64,000 nt of DNA, taken from NCBI GenBank assembly GCA_022826585.1, contig JAJDUR010000078.1:16583-80582 (forward strand), written 5' to 3'. Within the stretch, counting starts at the first letter, position 1. The number at the start of each line of letters is the position of its first letter. Positions 53,878 to 62,970 of the stretch are shown here, piece after piece. A program made the position numbers and the translations under genes. Origin of the DNA: Dehalococcoidia bacterium (GTDB taxonomy: Bacteria > Chloroflexota > Dehalococcoidia > Tepidiformales > Tepidiformaceae). The notes under the pieces are model-generated. The model was not told where the DNA came from. It worked only from the letters and a program-made list of their open reading frames with translations, and ran no database searches.

Positions 53878-54903
53878 TTACGGGAGGAGGCGGACCTTGA
53901 TGGAACCGGACGACTTGTCGTCGGCGGTGTGGAACGCCTCGGGAGCACGGTCCAGGGGGAAGGTGTGGGTGACGAGGGGCTGGAGCGGCTCGATGAGCTC
54001 GTCGAGGAGGTCGGTGGCGAGGCCGAACTCGGTGCGGGGGCCGGGGCGGCCGTAGCAGACGGCGCCGACGAGGCGGACCTCCTTCAGGAGGAGGGGCGTC
54101 GCGGGCAGCGACATCTCGCTCCCGAAGGCACCGAGCATGACCACGGTGCCGCGGTTGCGCACGAGGGAGATGCCCTCGGTGATCGTGGGGGCGCTGCCGC
54201 CCACGGTCTCGATCACGGCGTCGACGGGGAGGCCCTTCAGCTCCTTGCGGGCGGTCTCGCCGTCGGGGAAGACGCCGGTGGCGCCGAGGGCGCGGGCCAT
54301 CTCGGCCTGGAAGGGGTGGCGGGCCGTGAGGTAGACCTCGGTGGCGCCGGCGCGACGAGCCACGAGCAGGTTGACGAGGCCGACAGTGCCGGCGCCGAGG
54401 ATGACCGTGCGGGTCCCGAGGCGGATGTCTGCCTCGCTAACCGCGTGTACGGCGACGGCCACAGGCTCGGCGAGGGAGCCGTCGGCGGGAGAGACGCGGT
54501 CAGGGAGGGGGTAGACGGAGGTAGCGGGGGCGAGCATGGCCTCGGCCATGCCGCCGGCGCCATCGCCTCCGAGGAAGACGCGGTTCTGGCAGTGCCAGGT
54601 CTGGCCCGTGAGGCACTCGTAGCAGCGAAAGCAGACGGCGACGGGCTCGACGGAGACGTTCGTGCCCGTCTCGAGCTCGACGCCATCGCCGACGGCCTCG
54701 ATCACGCCGCCGACCTCGTGGCCCGGGGTGTTCACGGCGGGACCGCCGCGGCGGTAGGAGTGGAGGTCGCTGCCGCAGATACCGGCTCCGACCACGCGAA
54801 GGCGCACCCAGCCGGGTGGCGGATCGGTCAGGTCGCGGTCGATGACCTCCACGGCGCGGGGAGCGGCCCAGGAGACGGCGCGCATGGTGCTCACGGCCCG
54901 CAT
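53878..54903 (-). CDS. zinc-dependent medium-chain alcohol/threonine dehydrogenase-family oxidoreductase
   Basis: Motifs GICGSDLH, GHEVGG, a structural Zn site CFRCYECLTGQTWHC and GAGTVGL. The start is ATG 54903 or 54885 (MRAVST/MRAVSW duplication). Confidence 0.9.
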   Translation of the reverse strand: MRAVSTMRAVSWAAPRAVEVIDRDLTDPPPGWVRLRVVGAGICGSDLHSYRRGGPAVNTPGHEVGGVIEAVGDGVELETGTNVSVEPVAVCFRCYECLTGQTWHCQNRVFLGGDGAGGMAEAMLAPATSVYPLPDRVSPADGSLAEPVAVAVHAVSEADIRLGTRTVILGAGTVGLVNLLVARRAGATEVYLTARHPFQAEMARALGATGVFPDGETARKELKGLPVDAVIETVGGSAPTITEGISLVRNRGTVVMLGAFGSEMSLPATPLLLKEVRLVGAVCYGRPGPRTEFGLATDLLDELIEPLQPLVTHTFPLDRAPEAFHTADDKSSGSIKVRLLP

Positions 54904-54975
54904 GATACCGGGCTTACATCCGTACATCGCCGGACGGGTATGCTGAGAAGCTGGGACCACCCCCCGGGAGCGAGC

Positions 54976-55284
54976 GTGACGACAGAGCAGGACCGGGGTC
55001 TCTTTGCGCTCGTCGCAGGCCGGGTGCAAAGCGTCCCGGCCTTCACGTACTGGTTTGGCCTCGCGCTCGTAAGCGCCGCTGCGCTGGGCGTGCTCGTGAT
55101 GTTCGCGATTCTCGTGAACCCGCTCACTTCGGCGCTTGCCGGCGTCATCGTGGTTGCGCTGGGCGCCGCGTTGACGGGCGGTGTCACGCGGCGACGGCGC
55201 CTGCCGCCGGAGACGCTCTTCTACGCCGGGTTGGCGGTTGTCCCGCTGTTCATCGCCCTGGCATTGATCGCCATCATCACCTGA
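54976..55284 (+). CDS. small hypothetical membrane protein (3 TM)
   Basis: 102 aa counted from GTG 54976 (GGGAG 7 nt upstream). ATG 54940 is an alternative start. No recognisable family. Confidence 0.35.
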   Translation: MTTEQDRGLFALVAGRVQSVPAFTYWFGLALVSAAALGVLVMFAILVNPLTSALAGVIVVALGAALTGGVTRRRRLPPETLFYAGLAVVPLFIALALIAIIT

Positions 55285-55342
55285 ACCGTTCCCGCTCCGC
55301 TGCGTAGACTCCGCGCGCGGCTCGGGCCGCGGGAGGTTCACG

Positions 55343-55708
55343 ATGGCGCGAGAGTACATCGACGTTCTCCGGCTTCCGGAGAGCATGCCGTGGCACTACA
55401 GCCAGGCGGTGAAGGTGGGCAACACGGTGTATGTGGCGGGGCAGGTGGGGGCCGGCGAGGGCAGCATCGAGGCGCAGACGAAGAAGGCGTACGAGAGCGT
55501 CGTGGACGTGCTGGCGAAAGCGGGCGCGACGATGGACCACGTCGTGCGGGAGACGGTCTACCTGGCCGATCGTTCGAAGCTGCCGGAGGTGGCGAAGATC
55601 CGGGAGACGTTCTACGGGGAGCGGTTCCCGGCGAGTACGGCGGTGTTCAGCGGGTCGGGCGATGGTTACGACATCGAGGTCGAGGTAACGGCCGTCATCG
55701 ACGAGTAG
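55343..55708 (+). CDS. ridA: RidA/YjgF-family reactive-intermediate deaminase
   Basis: 121 aa with VGNTVYVAGQVG and TVYLAD motifs. Length is typical of the family. Confidence 0.88.
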   Translation: MAREYIDVLRLPESMPWHYSQAVKVGNTVYVAGQVGAGEGSIEAQTKKAYESVVDVLAKAGATMDHVVRETVYLADRSKLPEVAKIRETFYGERFPASTAVFSGSGDGYDIEVEVTAVIDE

Positions 55709-56432
55709 GCGTGCCGGTTGCGCCGGCAGCGAGCAGGCGCTCGGCCTCGTGCAGGTCGGCGGCGGTGTCGACGTCGTACCAGAAGAGGCCGCTGACGTCG
55801 ACGGTGCCCAGGCGGCGGTCCCGGACGAGCTCGGCGCAAATGTCGCTGAGGCCGCAGTCCTCGGGAGCGGCGGCGAGGGCGTCCCAGATGACGGGTGAAC
55901 AGACGAAGGCGCCGGCATCGAGGGCATCCCACTGCGCCAGGCCCTTGCCGATTGCGGTCACGAAGCCCGCGTCGTCGACGGCGAGCTTGGTCGCCTCGTC
56001 CGCGTAGGCGTCCGAGCGGGGGGAGCGATCGGCGGCAACGCGACAGGTACCGGCGAGGGGACGGGCGGCGGCGGAGTCGACGAGCGCCGCGACGAGCTCG
56101 GGCGAGAAGGCGTGGTCGCACATGACGAGCAGGAAGGGCTCCTCGCCGCAATAGTCGCGGGCGGCGGCGAGGGAGTAGGACGCGCCCCGGTGGAAGCGGG
56201 AATTGAGGGCGAACTCGATCGGCAGGCGGGCCCACTCCTGCGCCCCCTGGCGGACGGCGCGTTCCCCGTGGCCGGTCACGACGAGGGCGCGCTCGAGGCC
56301 GGCCTCGGCGAGAGCGTGGAGCGTGTGGCCGACGAGAGGCTTGCCGGCAAGGGGGACGAGCGGCTTGGGGAGACCGGGCCCGGTCTCACTGAGACGCTGA
56401 CCACGGCCCGCCGCGAGGACGACTGCCTTCAT
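55695..56432 (-). CDS. sugar-phosphate / phosphobase nucleotidyltransferase (NTP_transferase fold)
   Basis: 245 aa with MKAVVLAAGRGQRL...PKPLVPLAGKPL signature. Confidence 0.85.
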   Translation of the reverse strand: MKAVVLAAGRGQRLSETGPGLPKPLVPLAGKPLVGHTLHALAEAGLERALVVTGHGERAVRQGAQEWARLPIEFALNSRFHRGASYSLAAARDYCGEEPFLLVMCDHAFSPELVAALVDSAAARPLAGTCRVAADRSPRSDAYADEATKLAVDDAGFVTAIGKGLAQWDALDAGAFVCSPVIWDALAAAPEDCGLSDICAELVRDRRLGTVDVSGLFWYDVDTAADLHEAERLLAAGATGTPTRR

Positions 56433-56558
56433 GCACGCTCCGGCGGGCGTGAGCCCGGAACTGGATGCGATCTTAGCCGATTCCCGTCCCGGGGAGACTT
56501 GATAGGAACGCCTATCTACGATACTTTGCCGTGGCTAACCTCAGGACAGAGGTCGAAT

Positions 56559-57638
56559 TTGAGCGCTTTCGCACTGCTCACACGCGCGCGACTGGGGAAG
56601 GATTCGCATCTTTCCTCCGGAGCCACCGGTGATCTCGTCGCGCGGCATCTCTCCTTCGCGTACGGGGACGTGCGGGCGGTCAACGATGTCTCGATAACCG
56701 TCCCGGCCGGGACGGTCACGGCGCTCCTCGGCCCGAGCGGCTGCGGCAAGACGACGCTGTTGCGGCTCATCGCCGGGCTGGAACGTCCGGCCGAGGGGTC
56801 GATCCACGCGGGCGATAAGGCGCTGAGCACGCCCGACCAGGTGACGCCACCAGAGAAGCGACGCATCGGCATGATGTTCCAGGAAGGCGCCCTGTTCCCG
56901 CACATGAGCGTGGCGGAGAACGTGGCCTTCGGGCTTCCCCGCGGGCCGGAGCGGTCACGGGATGTCGAGCAGGCGCTTGAGCTGGTCGGCCTCGGCGGCA
57001 TGGGGAAGCGCCCGCCGACCTCGCTTTCCGGCGGGCAGCGCCAGCGCGTGGCGCTGGCGCGGGCGCTGGCTCCGGGGCCCGAGGTGCTGCTGCTGGACGA
57101 GCCCTTCGCGAACCTCGACCCGGCCCTGCGCGTCGAGCTGCGGACCGAGGTGGCGTCGCTGCTGCGCACGCTCGGCATCACGAGCGTGTTCGTCACCCAC
57201 GACCAGGAGGAGGCGTTCGTGATGGGCGCCCAGGTGATCGTGATGCGCGACGGGCGCGTGCTCCAGAGCGCCCCTCCGAGCGAGCTGTACAGCCGCCCGG
57301 CGAACCGCTGGGTCGCGACCTTCGTGGGAGAGGCGAACGTCGTGCCGGGACAGGGTGGGGCGGAAGCGGCGGAGACGATCGTGGGGCCCGTCCCGCTGGC
57401 GAAGGCGGCGCAGCCAAAGTGCGAAGTGTTGCTGCGCCCCGAGCACCTGGAGCTGGACCCCGGTGGCGCATGGGAGATCGAACAGCTTGAGTTCTACGGC
57501 CACGACACGCTCTACCTGCTGCGCGACGAGCAGGGAACGAAGCTGATGGTGCGAGCGGGCGGCGCGCCGCGCTTCGGCAGCGGCGACCGCACGTCGGTGC
57601 GGTACCACGGTCCACCCACCGTCGCCTTCGAACCGTAG
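56559..57638 (+). CDS. ABC importer ATP-binding protein (FbpC/PotA-like); start codon uncertain
   Basis: Walker A GPSGCGKTT, signature LSGGQRQRVALARAL, Walker B LLLDEPF and a C-terminal TOBE-like domain. There is no in-frame ATG, so TTG 56559 is proposed. Confidence 0.88.
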   Translation: MSAFALLTRARLGKDSHLSSGATGDLVARHLSFAYGDVRAVNDVSITVPAGTVTALLGPSGCGKTTLLRLIAGLERPAEGSIHAGDKALSTPDQVTPPEKRRIGMMFQEGALFPHMSVAENVAFGLPRGPERSRDVEQALELVGLGGMGKRPPTSLSGGQRQRVALARALAPGPEVLLLDEPFANLDPALRVELRTEVASLLRTLGITSVFVTHDQEEAFVMGAQVIVMRDGRVLQSAPPSELYSRPANRWVATFVGEANVVPGQGGAEAAETIVGPVPLAKAAQPKCEVLLRPEHLELDPGGAWEIEQLEFYGHDTLYLLRDEQGTKLMVRAGGAPRFGSGDRTSVRYHGPPTVAFEP

Positions 57639-57643
57639 GCGCC

Positions 57644-59275
57644 GTGCTACGCGCCCCAGCCCTGTTCGGCGCCACCCGGCGAGTGGCGGGCATCCGCGGG
57701 CCGCTCTGGCTCTGGGTGGTGGCGCTCATCATCGCGGCCCTGTTCGCGGTCCCCGTCGGCTACCTCATCGTTCGCAACATCACCGAGGGAAGCGAGACGC
57801 TGAACGTCCTCTTCTCACGGCAAACGGCCGACCCGCTCGTGAACACGCTCGTGCTGGCGGTGGCCGTCTCGGCGGCGACAGCCGCCATCGGGACCCTGCT
57901 GGCGTGGCTGACGATGCGAACGGACCTGCCCCTTCGGGGGGCGTGGCGGGTGATCTGCCCCCTGCCACTGGTGCTGCCCTCGTTCGTGGCAGGGGCGGCG
58001 CTGCTCGCGGCCATCTCGCCCGGCGGCCTGGCGGAGGAAGTGCTGAATCCGCTGGGGCTGAGCGTGCCGGCGCGCATCGAGGGCTTCTGGGGTTCGTTCG
58101 CCGTGCTCACGGCAGTCTCGTACCCGTACGTGTACCTGCCGGCGGCAGCCCGAATCGGGGGGCTGCCGGCGTCGCTGGAGGAGGCATCGCGCCTGCTGGG
58201 AGAAGGCGGTCTCGGCACCTTCCGGCGCGTCGTGTGGCCGCAGGTGCGAAGCGCCGTGCAGGCGGGAACGCTGCTCGTGTTCCTGTACGTGGTGAGCGAG
58301 TTCGGCGTGGTGAAGCTGATGGGATACGAAACGCTTTCCACCAACGTCTTCGTGAACCGCCTCTACAACGCGCCACTCGCCTTCGCGCTGGGGTTGATCC
58401 TGGCGGTCGTGGCGCTGGCGGTGGCGGGGCTGGAGCGGACCTCCGCGAATCGCTCACTCGCGCAGCTCGCGCCGGGGGGCACGCGGGGACGGCGCGTCTC
58501 GCTGGGCCCGTGGAAGGCGCCGGCCACGCTGGCGGCGATTCTCGCAGTGGGGTCGGGGCTGGTGGCACCGATGGTAGTGCTGGCGTGGTGGGGCTTCCGG
58601 GGGTTGGCGGGGGAAGGCAGCGGGTTCGACCGGACGAGCGTCGACCTGAGCGCACTGGGGGGGCCGGTGCTCAACACCGTCGTCGCGGCGGTGGTGACAG
58701 CGGCGGTGGCGGTGGTCGTGGTCCTGCCACTCGCCTACCTGACGACGCGATACGGGGGACGGGCGGCGGGGGCGGTCCACACGGTGGTCGCGGGAAGCTT
58801 CGCCGTGCCGGGTCTGCTCATCGCGCTGGCGGTGGTGTTCATGGCATTGAAGGTGCCGGGACTAGGCTTCCTCTACCTGACGCTGCCACTGCTTGTCTTC
58901 GCCTATGTGGTCCACTTCGGGGTGCAGGCGCTGCGGAGCGCCGAGGTCGGCGTGGCGACGGTCGACCGGCGCCTCGAGGAGGCGGCCCAGACCCTCGGGG
59001 CGGGGCGACTGCGGCGGCTGGTGCGAATCGAGGCGCCCCTGATGGCTCCGGCGCTGGCGGCGGGCGGGGGGTTGGTGCTGCTGTCGACGATGAAGGAGCT
59101 TCCGGCAACACTGTTGGCCGCGCCCGTGGGTTTCGAGACACTCGCGACGCGCATCTGGAACGCCGAGGAGGACGGCTTCCTCGCGGACATGGGGATGGCC
59201 AGCGTGATCCTCGTGGCCGTCTCGGCGGTCCTGACCTGGCTGCTGGTGATCCGGAACTCGGAGCACCTGCGCTAG
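57644..59275 (+). CDS. ABC importer permease with duplicated BPD-type domain (FbpB/ThiP-like)
   Basis: 543 aa with about 12 TM segments and two EAA loops (LEEASRLLGEGGLGTFRRV and LEEAAQTLGAGRLRRLVRIEAP). Confidence 0.9.
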   Translation: MLRAPALFGATRRVAGIRGPLWLWVVALIIAALFAVPVGYLIVRNITEGSETLNVLFSRQTADPLVNTLVLAVAVSAATAAIGTLLAWLTMRTDLPLRGAWRVICPLPLVLPSFVAGAALLAAISPGGLAEEVLNPLGLSVPARIEGFWGSFAVLTAVSYPYVYLPAAARIGGLPASLEEASRLLGEGGLGTFRRVVWPQVRSAVQAGTLLVFLYVVSEFGVVKLMGYETLSTNVFVNRLYNAPLAFALGLILAVVALAVAGLERTSANRSLAQLAPGGTRGRRVSLGPWKAPATLAAILAVGSGLVAPMVVLAWWGFRGLAGEGSGFDRTSVDLSALGGPVLNTVVAAVVTAAVAVVVVLPLAYLTTRYGGRAAGAVHTVVAGSFAVPGLLIALAVVFMALKVPGLGFLYLTLPLLVFAYVVHFGVQALRSAEVGVATVDRRLEEAAQTLGAGRLRRLVRIEAPLMAPALAAGGGLVLLSTMKELPATLLAAPVGFETLATRIWNAEEDGFLADMGMASVILVAVSAVLTWLLVIRNSEHLR

Positions 59276-59288
59276 AGGACCCCAACCG

Positions 59289-60197
59289 CTACGGGCAGCG
59301 CGCGATCACGTTCTCGCTGAACCAGGTGATGTCGTCGAAGTCGGAGGAGGAGATGGCGACCTCATCGACGCCGACCTCGGCGAAGGCAGCGATCTGCTCC
59401 AGCATGTTGTCGCCGTCGCCGAAGAGGATGCCGCTGTGGTCCCACTGGGTGACGAGCTCGGAGCGTCCCCAGCCGCGCGCCATCTGGGCGATGCCGCCGG
59501 CGATCTGGTCGGCGGCCTCCCGCGTCTGGCCGCGGGCGAGGATGACGTCGGAGGTGAGGGCGAGGCCGGCGGGGTCGCGGCCGATGTCGTCACAGGCGGC
59601 GCGGGCGTGCTCGGCGAGCTCGGAGACCTGGGCAGGCCCGAGCTGCCACGTGTTGATGGCGTCGGCCTGGCGGGCGGCGAGGCGGAGAAGGGCTCCGCGC
59701 CGGTTCAACCCGATGACGATGGGCGGGTGGGGCTGCTGCACGGGCTTGGGGGAGAACGTGGCGCCGCCCTCAAGGCGGTAGTGCTTGCCGGCAAGCTCCG
59801 TCGTCTCCTTCGTCCAGAACGACTTCATGATCTGGATGCCCTCCTCGAGCTGCTCGATGCGGCCGAGGAAGTCGAGCATCTCGAAGCCGTAGGGCTCGAA
59901 GTCGGCGTGCTCGTAGGCTGTTCCGATGCCGAGCACGGCGCGGCCATTGGAGAGAGTGTCGACGGTGACAACCTGCTTGGCGAGCTGGAAGGGGGGCCGG
60001 AAGGGCATGCCCGTGACGTGGGTACCCAGTCGCATCTTCTCGGTGCGCGCGGCCACCCACGCGAGATAGGTCCAGGCATCGGGCTGGTCGAAGGAGGGGT
60101 GGTCGACGACGTTGAAGGTCTCGAAGCCGAGGGCGTCGACCTCGGCGATCACGTCGTTCAGGGCGCCCCCGCCCGTGGCGACGAGGCCGAACTTCAC
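59289..60197 (-). CDS. LLM-class (luciferase-like) flavin/F420-dependent oxidoreductase
   Basis: 302 aa with typical LLM TIM-barrel motifs (FGL, VDHP, LSNGRAVLGIGT). Confidence 0.88.
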   Translation of the reverse strand: MKFGLVATGGGALNDVIAEVDALGFETFNVVDHPSFDQPDAWTYLAWVAARTEKMRLGTHVTGMPFRPPFQLAKQVVTVDTLSNGRAVLGIGTAYEHADFEPYGFEMLDFLGRIEQLEEGIQIMKSFWTKETTELAGKHYRLEGGATFSPKPVQQPHPPIVIGLNRRGALLRLAARQADAINTWQLGPAQVSELAEHARAACDDIGRDPAGLALTSDVILARGQTREAADQIAGGIAQMARGWGRSELVTQWDHSGILFGDGDNMLEQIAAFAEVGVDEVAISSSDFDDITWFSENVIARCP

Positions 60198-61009
60198 GGC
60201 GAGGAGGTTCCGGCGGAGGAGTTGCCGGGTGCCTGCGTCGCAAGCAGCTCGAGGTCGTCGACCTTTCCGAACATGTAGGGCAGGAAGGACTCGCCGGGGA
60301 CGCGCGTCAGTATCTCGCCGTGGGTGTAGGTGTCCCCTTCGCTGTAGCTGACGCCGAGCACCTCGCGGATGGGGATGTCGGCGACAGGGTCGTGGGGGGA
60401 CTCGCGCAGGAGCACCTCGCCATCGAGGGTCTCGATGAAGCGCGTGCGACCCGTGTGGCGCACGCGCACCAGGACGGGGTCGTTGTCGAAGCCGCGGCCG
60501 TCCGGGGCGGGCATGAACTTGAAGTAGAAGCGCGAGCTTTCGGGGGATTCGCGCCCCTCGAAACGCTCGACGACGCGGCCGCGGACCTCGATGTAGACCT
60601 GCCCGTAGCGCTCGATGGTGCCGGTGATCTCGTCGCCGTCGCGGCGGACGTGGATGTTGGCGACCTTCTTGGGCTCGCCGTAGAGTTCGCGCCCGAAGAT
60701 GACGGCGCTGTCGGTCGACATGGGCATGGTGATGGGGTAGTCGCCGACGATGCCCTCGTACTGGCAGCGCACGTTGAGGCCGCCGGCGCCGAAGGGCTGG
60801 AGCGTGTTGCTGACGCCGATGTGGGAGACGCTGACGGAGGCGATGGGCTCGTCCGTGGGCTCCAGGGGCGGGGGGAGGACGGCGGCGATGACGTCCGGGG
60901 CGGTGCGGAAGCTGGCGGCGATGCCGCGGAAGGACTCGAACTCGGGCGTGGCGTAGAGCTTCTGGAGGCGGCGCACCTCCTCGAGGGTCTTCACGTAGCG
61001 GAGTGGCAT
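60194..61009 (-). CDS. acetoacetate-decarboxylase-family protein
   Basis: 271 aa counted from ATG 61009 (AGGAGG upstream). Collinear similarity to ADC (VLPPPLEPTDEP, GDYPITMPMSTDSAVIFGRELYGEPKK, FKFMPAPDG). Confidence 0.75.
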   Translation of the reverse strand: MPLRYVKTLEEVRRLQKLYATPEFESFRGIAASFRTAPDVIAAVLPPPLEPTDEPIASVSVSHIGVSNTLQPFGAGGLNVRCQYEGIVGDYPITMPMSTDSAVIFGRELYGEPKKVANIHVRRDGDEITGTIERYGQVYIEVRGRVVERFEGRESPESSRFYFKFMPAPDGRGFDNDPVLVRVRHTGRTRFIETLDGEVLLRESPHDPVADIPIREVLGVSYSEGDTYTHGEILTRVPGESFLPYMFGKVDDLELLATQAPGNSSAGTSSP

Positions 61010-61050
61010 GCTGGCCTCCTGGCGGTTGGAGTAGGAATCGAGGACCGCGA

Positions 61051-61911
61051 TCAGTCCATGCGGCTCCCGCCGTCGACGTTGAGCGCCTGGCCCGTCATGT
61101 AGGACGAGTCGTCGGAGGCGAGGAAGGCGACGACCGCGGCCTGCTCCTCGACGGTGGCCTGGCGGCCCATGAGGAGCGCGCGCCGGATGGCGGCCTTGGA
61201 CGTGCCCGGTTCGGCGCCGGCGACCTCGTCGTAGCGGCCGAAGGTGCCGTCCATCATGTCGGTGTCGGTGGAGCCGGGGCAGACGATATTGACGCGGATG
61301 TTGTCCTTCGCGAGCTCGAGGGCGAGCTGCTGGGTGAGGCCGTGCATGGCCCACTTGGTGGCGCAGTAGGCGCCGTAGTTGGGGATGCCGATGCGCCCGG
61401 CGGTGGAGGAGATGTTGATGATGCTGCCGCCTCCGCCCTTCACCATTTCGCGGCCGACGGCGCGGATGGTGTGGTAGAGGCCGTGCAGGTTGACGTCGAC
61501 GGTCTCGTACCAGTTCTCGTCGGTCATCTCAAGGATGGGAGCGGCGCCGGCGAGGCTCGGGAGAGCGGCGTTATTCACGAGGATGTCGATGCCGCCCAGC
61601 TCGGCGACGGCGGCGTCGACGGTGCGCTGCAGATCCTCCTTGTCGGTGACGTCGCAGTCGATGGCGAGGGCGCGACGGCCCATGCCGCGCACCTCGTCAG
61701 CGACGCTCTCGATGCCCTTCCAGTCCATCTCCCGCTCGTGCGCGGGGAAGGTGGCGGGGTCGCGCCCGCGCGCGGTAACGACGACATCGGCGCCCTCCTC
61801 GGCGAGGCGCAGCACGATCGCGCGCCCGATGCCACGGTAGCGCCCCGCGCCGGTGACGAGGGCGACGCGACCGTCGAGCCTAGTCACCGAACGGTCCGCC
61901 GGTGATGGCAC
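61051..61911 (-). CDS. short-chain dehydrogenase/reductase (SDR)
   Basis: 286 aa with TGAGRYRGIG, NNAA, a YxxxK site (YCATK) and PG..DT motifs. Confidence 0.92.
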   Translation of the reverse strand: MPSPADRSVTRLDGRVALVTGAGRYRGIGRAIVLRLAEEGADVVVTARGRDPATFPAHEREMDWKGIESVADEVRGMGRRALAIDCDVTDKEDLQRTVDAAVAELGGIDILVNNAALPSLAGAAPILEMTDENWYETVDVNLHGLYHTIRAVGREMVKGGGGSIINISSTAGRIGIPNYGAYCATKWAMHGLTQQLALELAKDNIRVNIVCPGSTDTDMMDGTFGRYDEVAGAEPGTSKAAIRRALLMGRQATVEEQAAVVAFLASDDSSYMTGQALNVDGGSRMD

Positions 61912-62371
61912 CGAGGTCCTCCCACTTCATGGCGCGGCGCCGGTTCCAGTGCTCGACCCAGCTATCGACGAAGCCCTGCCCGCCATGGTGGTAGTCGACT
62001 TCGAGGGTGACCTCGCCCTCGTCGTTGAACTCGAGGCGGGACACGCCCTCGAAGGAGCGCCACTTGCCGTAGTTCTCGTCGTTCTCGTCCATGACCTGGG
62101 AGTAGGCCATCCAGAGGATGCAGATGCCGCGGTGGTTCTCGGCGACGTAGACCTCCTCGACGGGGACGCGGAGGGTGATGCCGACCTTGCGGCTGGCCCA
62201 GAACTGGCGGATCTCTTCCTTGCCGCGCAGGGCTTCGGCGTGGCTGACGATGTCGCGCATGACGGCGTCGTCGGAGAACCACTGGTCGGGGCCGTAGGGG
62301 TCGCCGCTGCTCCAGCCGCCCTCCTCGAAGAGCTTGCGTCCGGTCTCGATGTCATTGGGTCCGACGGGCAT
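61880..62371 (-). CDS. NTF2-like / SnoaL-like domain protein (paralog 1)
   Basis: 163 aa, about 65% identical to 62437..62928. Its 3' end overlaps the annotated SDR start. Confidence 0.7.
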   Translation of the reverse strand: MPVGPNDIETGRKLFEEGGWSSGDPYGPDQWFSDDAVMRDIVSHAEALRGKEEIRQFWASRKVGITLRVPVEEVYVAENHRGICILWMAYSQVMDENDENYGKWRSFEGVSRLEFNDEGEVTLEVDYHHGGQGFVDSWVEHWNRRRAMKWEDLGAITGGPFGD

Positions 62372-62436
62372 GGGTGCGCCTCCTTGGTCGTGCGGCGCGA
62401 ATCATAAACGGGGGAGGGAGGCCTGAGGGGCTGAGG

Positions 62437-62928
62437 CTAGGCGCCGGTGATGGCGCCGAGGTCCTTCCAGTCCATGGCGCGACGGGCGTTCCAGTGCTCG
62501 ACCCAGCTGTCGCACATGCCCTGGACGCCGTGGTGGTAGTCGACCTCCAGGGTGACCTTGCCCTCGTTGTTGAACTCAAGGCGGGACATGCCCTCGAAGC
62601 AGCGCCACTTGCCGAAGTTCTCGTCGCTCTCGTCGGTGATCTGCGAATAGGCCATCCACATGACGGCAACGCCGCGATGGTTCTCGGCGACGTAGATCTC
62701 CTCGGCGGGGACGCGCACGGCCATGCCGTACTTGCGGTTGCGCCAGAAGCTGCCCCAGAAGGCGCGGATTTCGTCTTTGCCACGCATGGCGCCGTCGTAG
62801 TTGACGATGTCGCGCATGACGGCGTCATCGGCGAACCACTGGTCGGGGCCGTAGAGGTCGCCACTGCCCCAGCCGCCATCCCCGAAGAGCTGGCGTGCGG
62901 TCTCGATGTCGTTGGGTCCGACGGGCAT
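62437..62928 (-). CDS. NTF2-like / SnoaL-like domain protein (paralog 2)
   Basis: 163 aa. Tandem paralog sharing MPVGPNDIET...DQWF.DDAVMRDIV...VYVAENHRG...EVDYHHG. Confidence 0.7.
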   Translation of the reverse strand: MPVGPNDIETARQLFGDGGWGSGDLYGPDQWFADDAVMRDIVNYDGAMRGKDEIRAFWGSFWRNRKYGMAVRVPAEEIYVAENHRGVAVMWMAYSQITDESDENFGKWRCFEGMSRLEFNNEGKVTLEVDYHHGVQGMCDSWVEHWNARRAMDWKDLGAITGA

Positions 62929-62970
62929 GGGGCGCCTCCTGTGGTGGGCGGATGATAGCCGGGGTGACGC

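Noticed and set aside
53752-55284. 510-aa plus-strand ORF overlapping the alcohol-dehydrogenase gene
   Set aside because: All but the last ~100 codons are antisense to the ADH gene, with a Gly/Ala/Asp-rich translation. Only the terminal membrane-protein-like part was kept, at low confidence.
56433-56558. TPP or other riboswitch upstream of the ABC importer
   Set aside because: No CUGAGA / ACCUGA TPP core elements are present. Only short 4-5 bp hairpins are seen.
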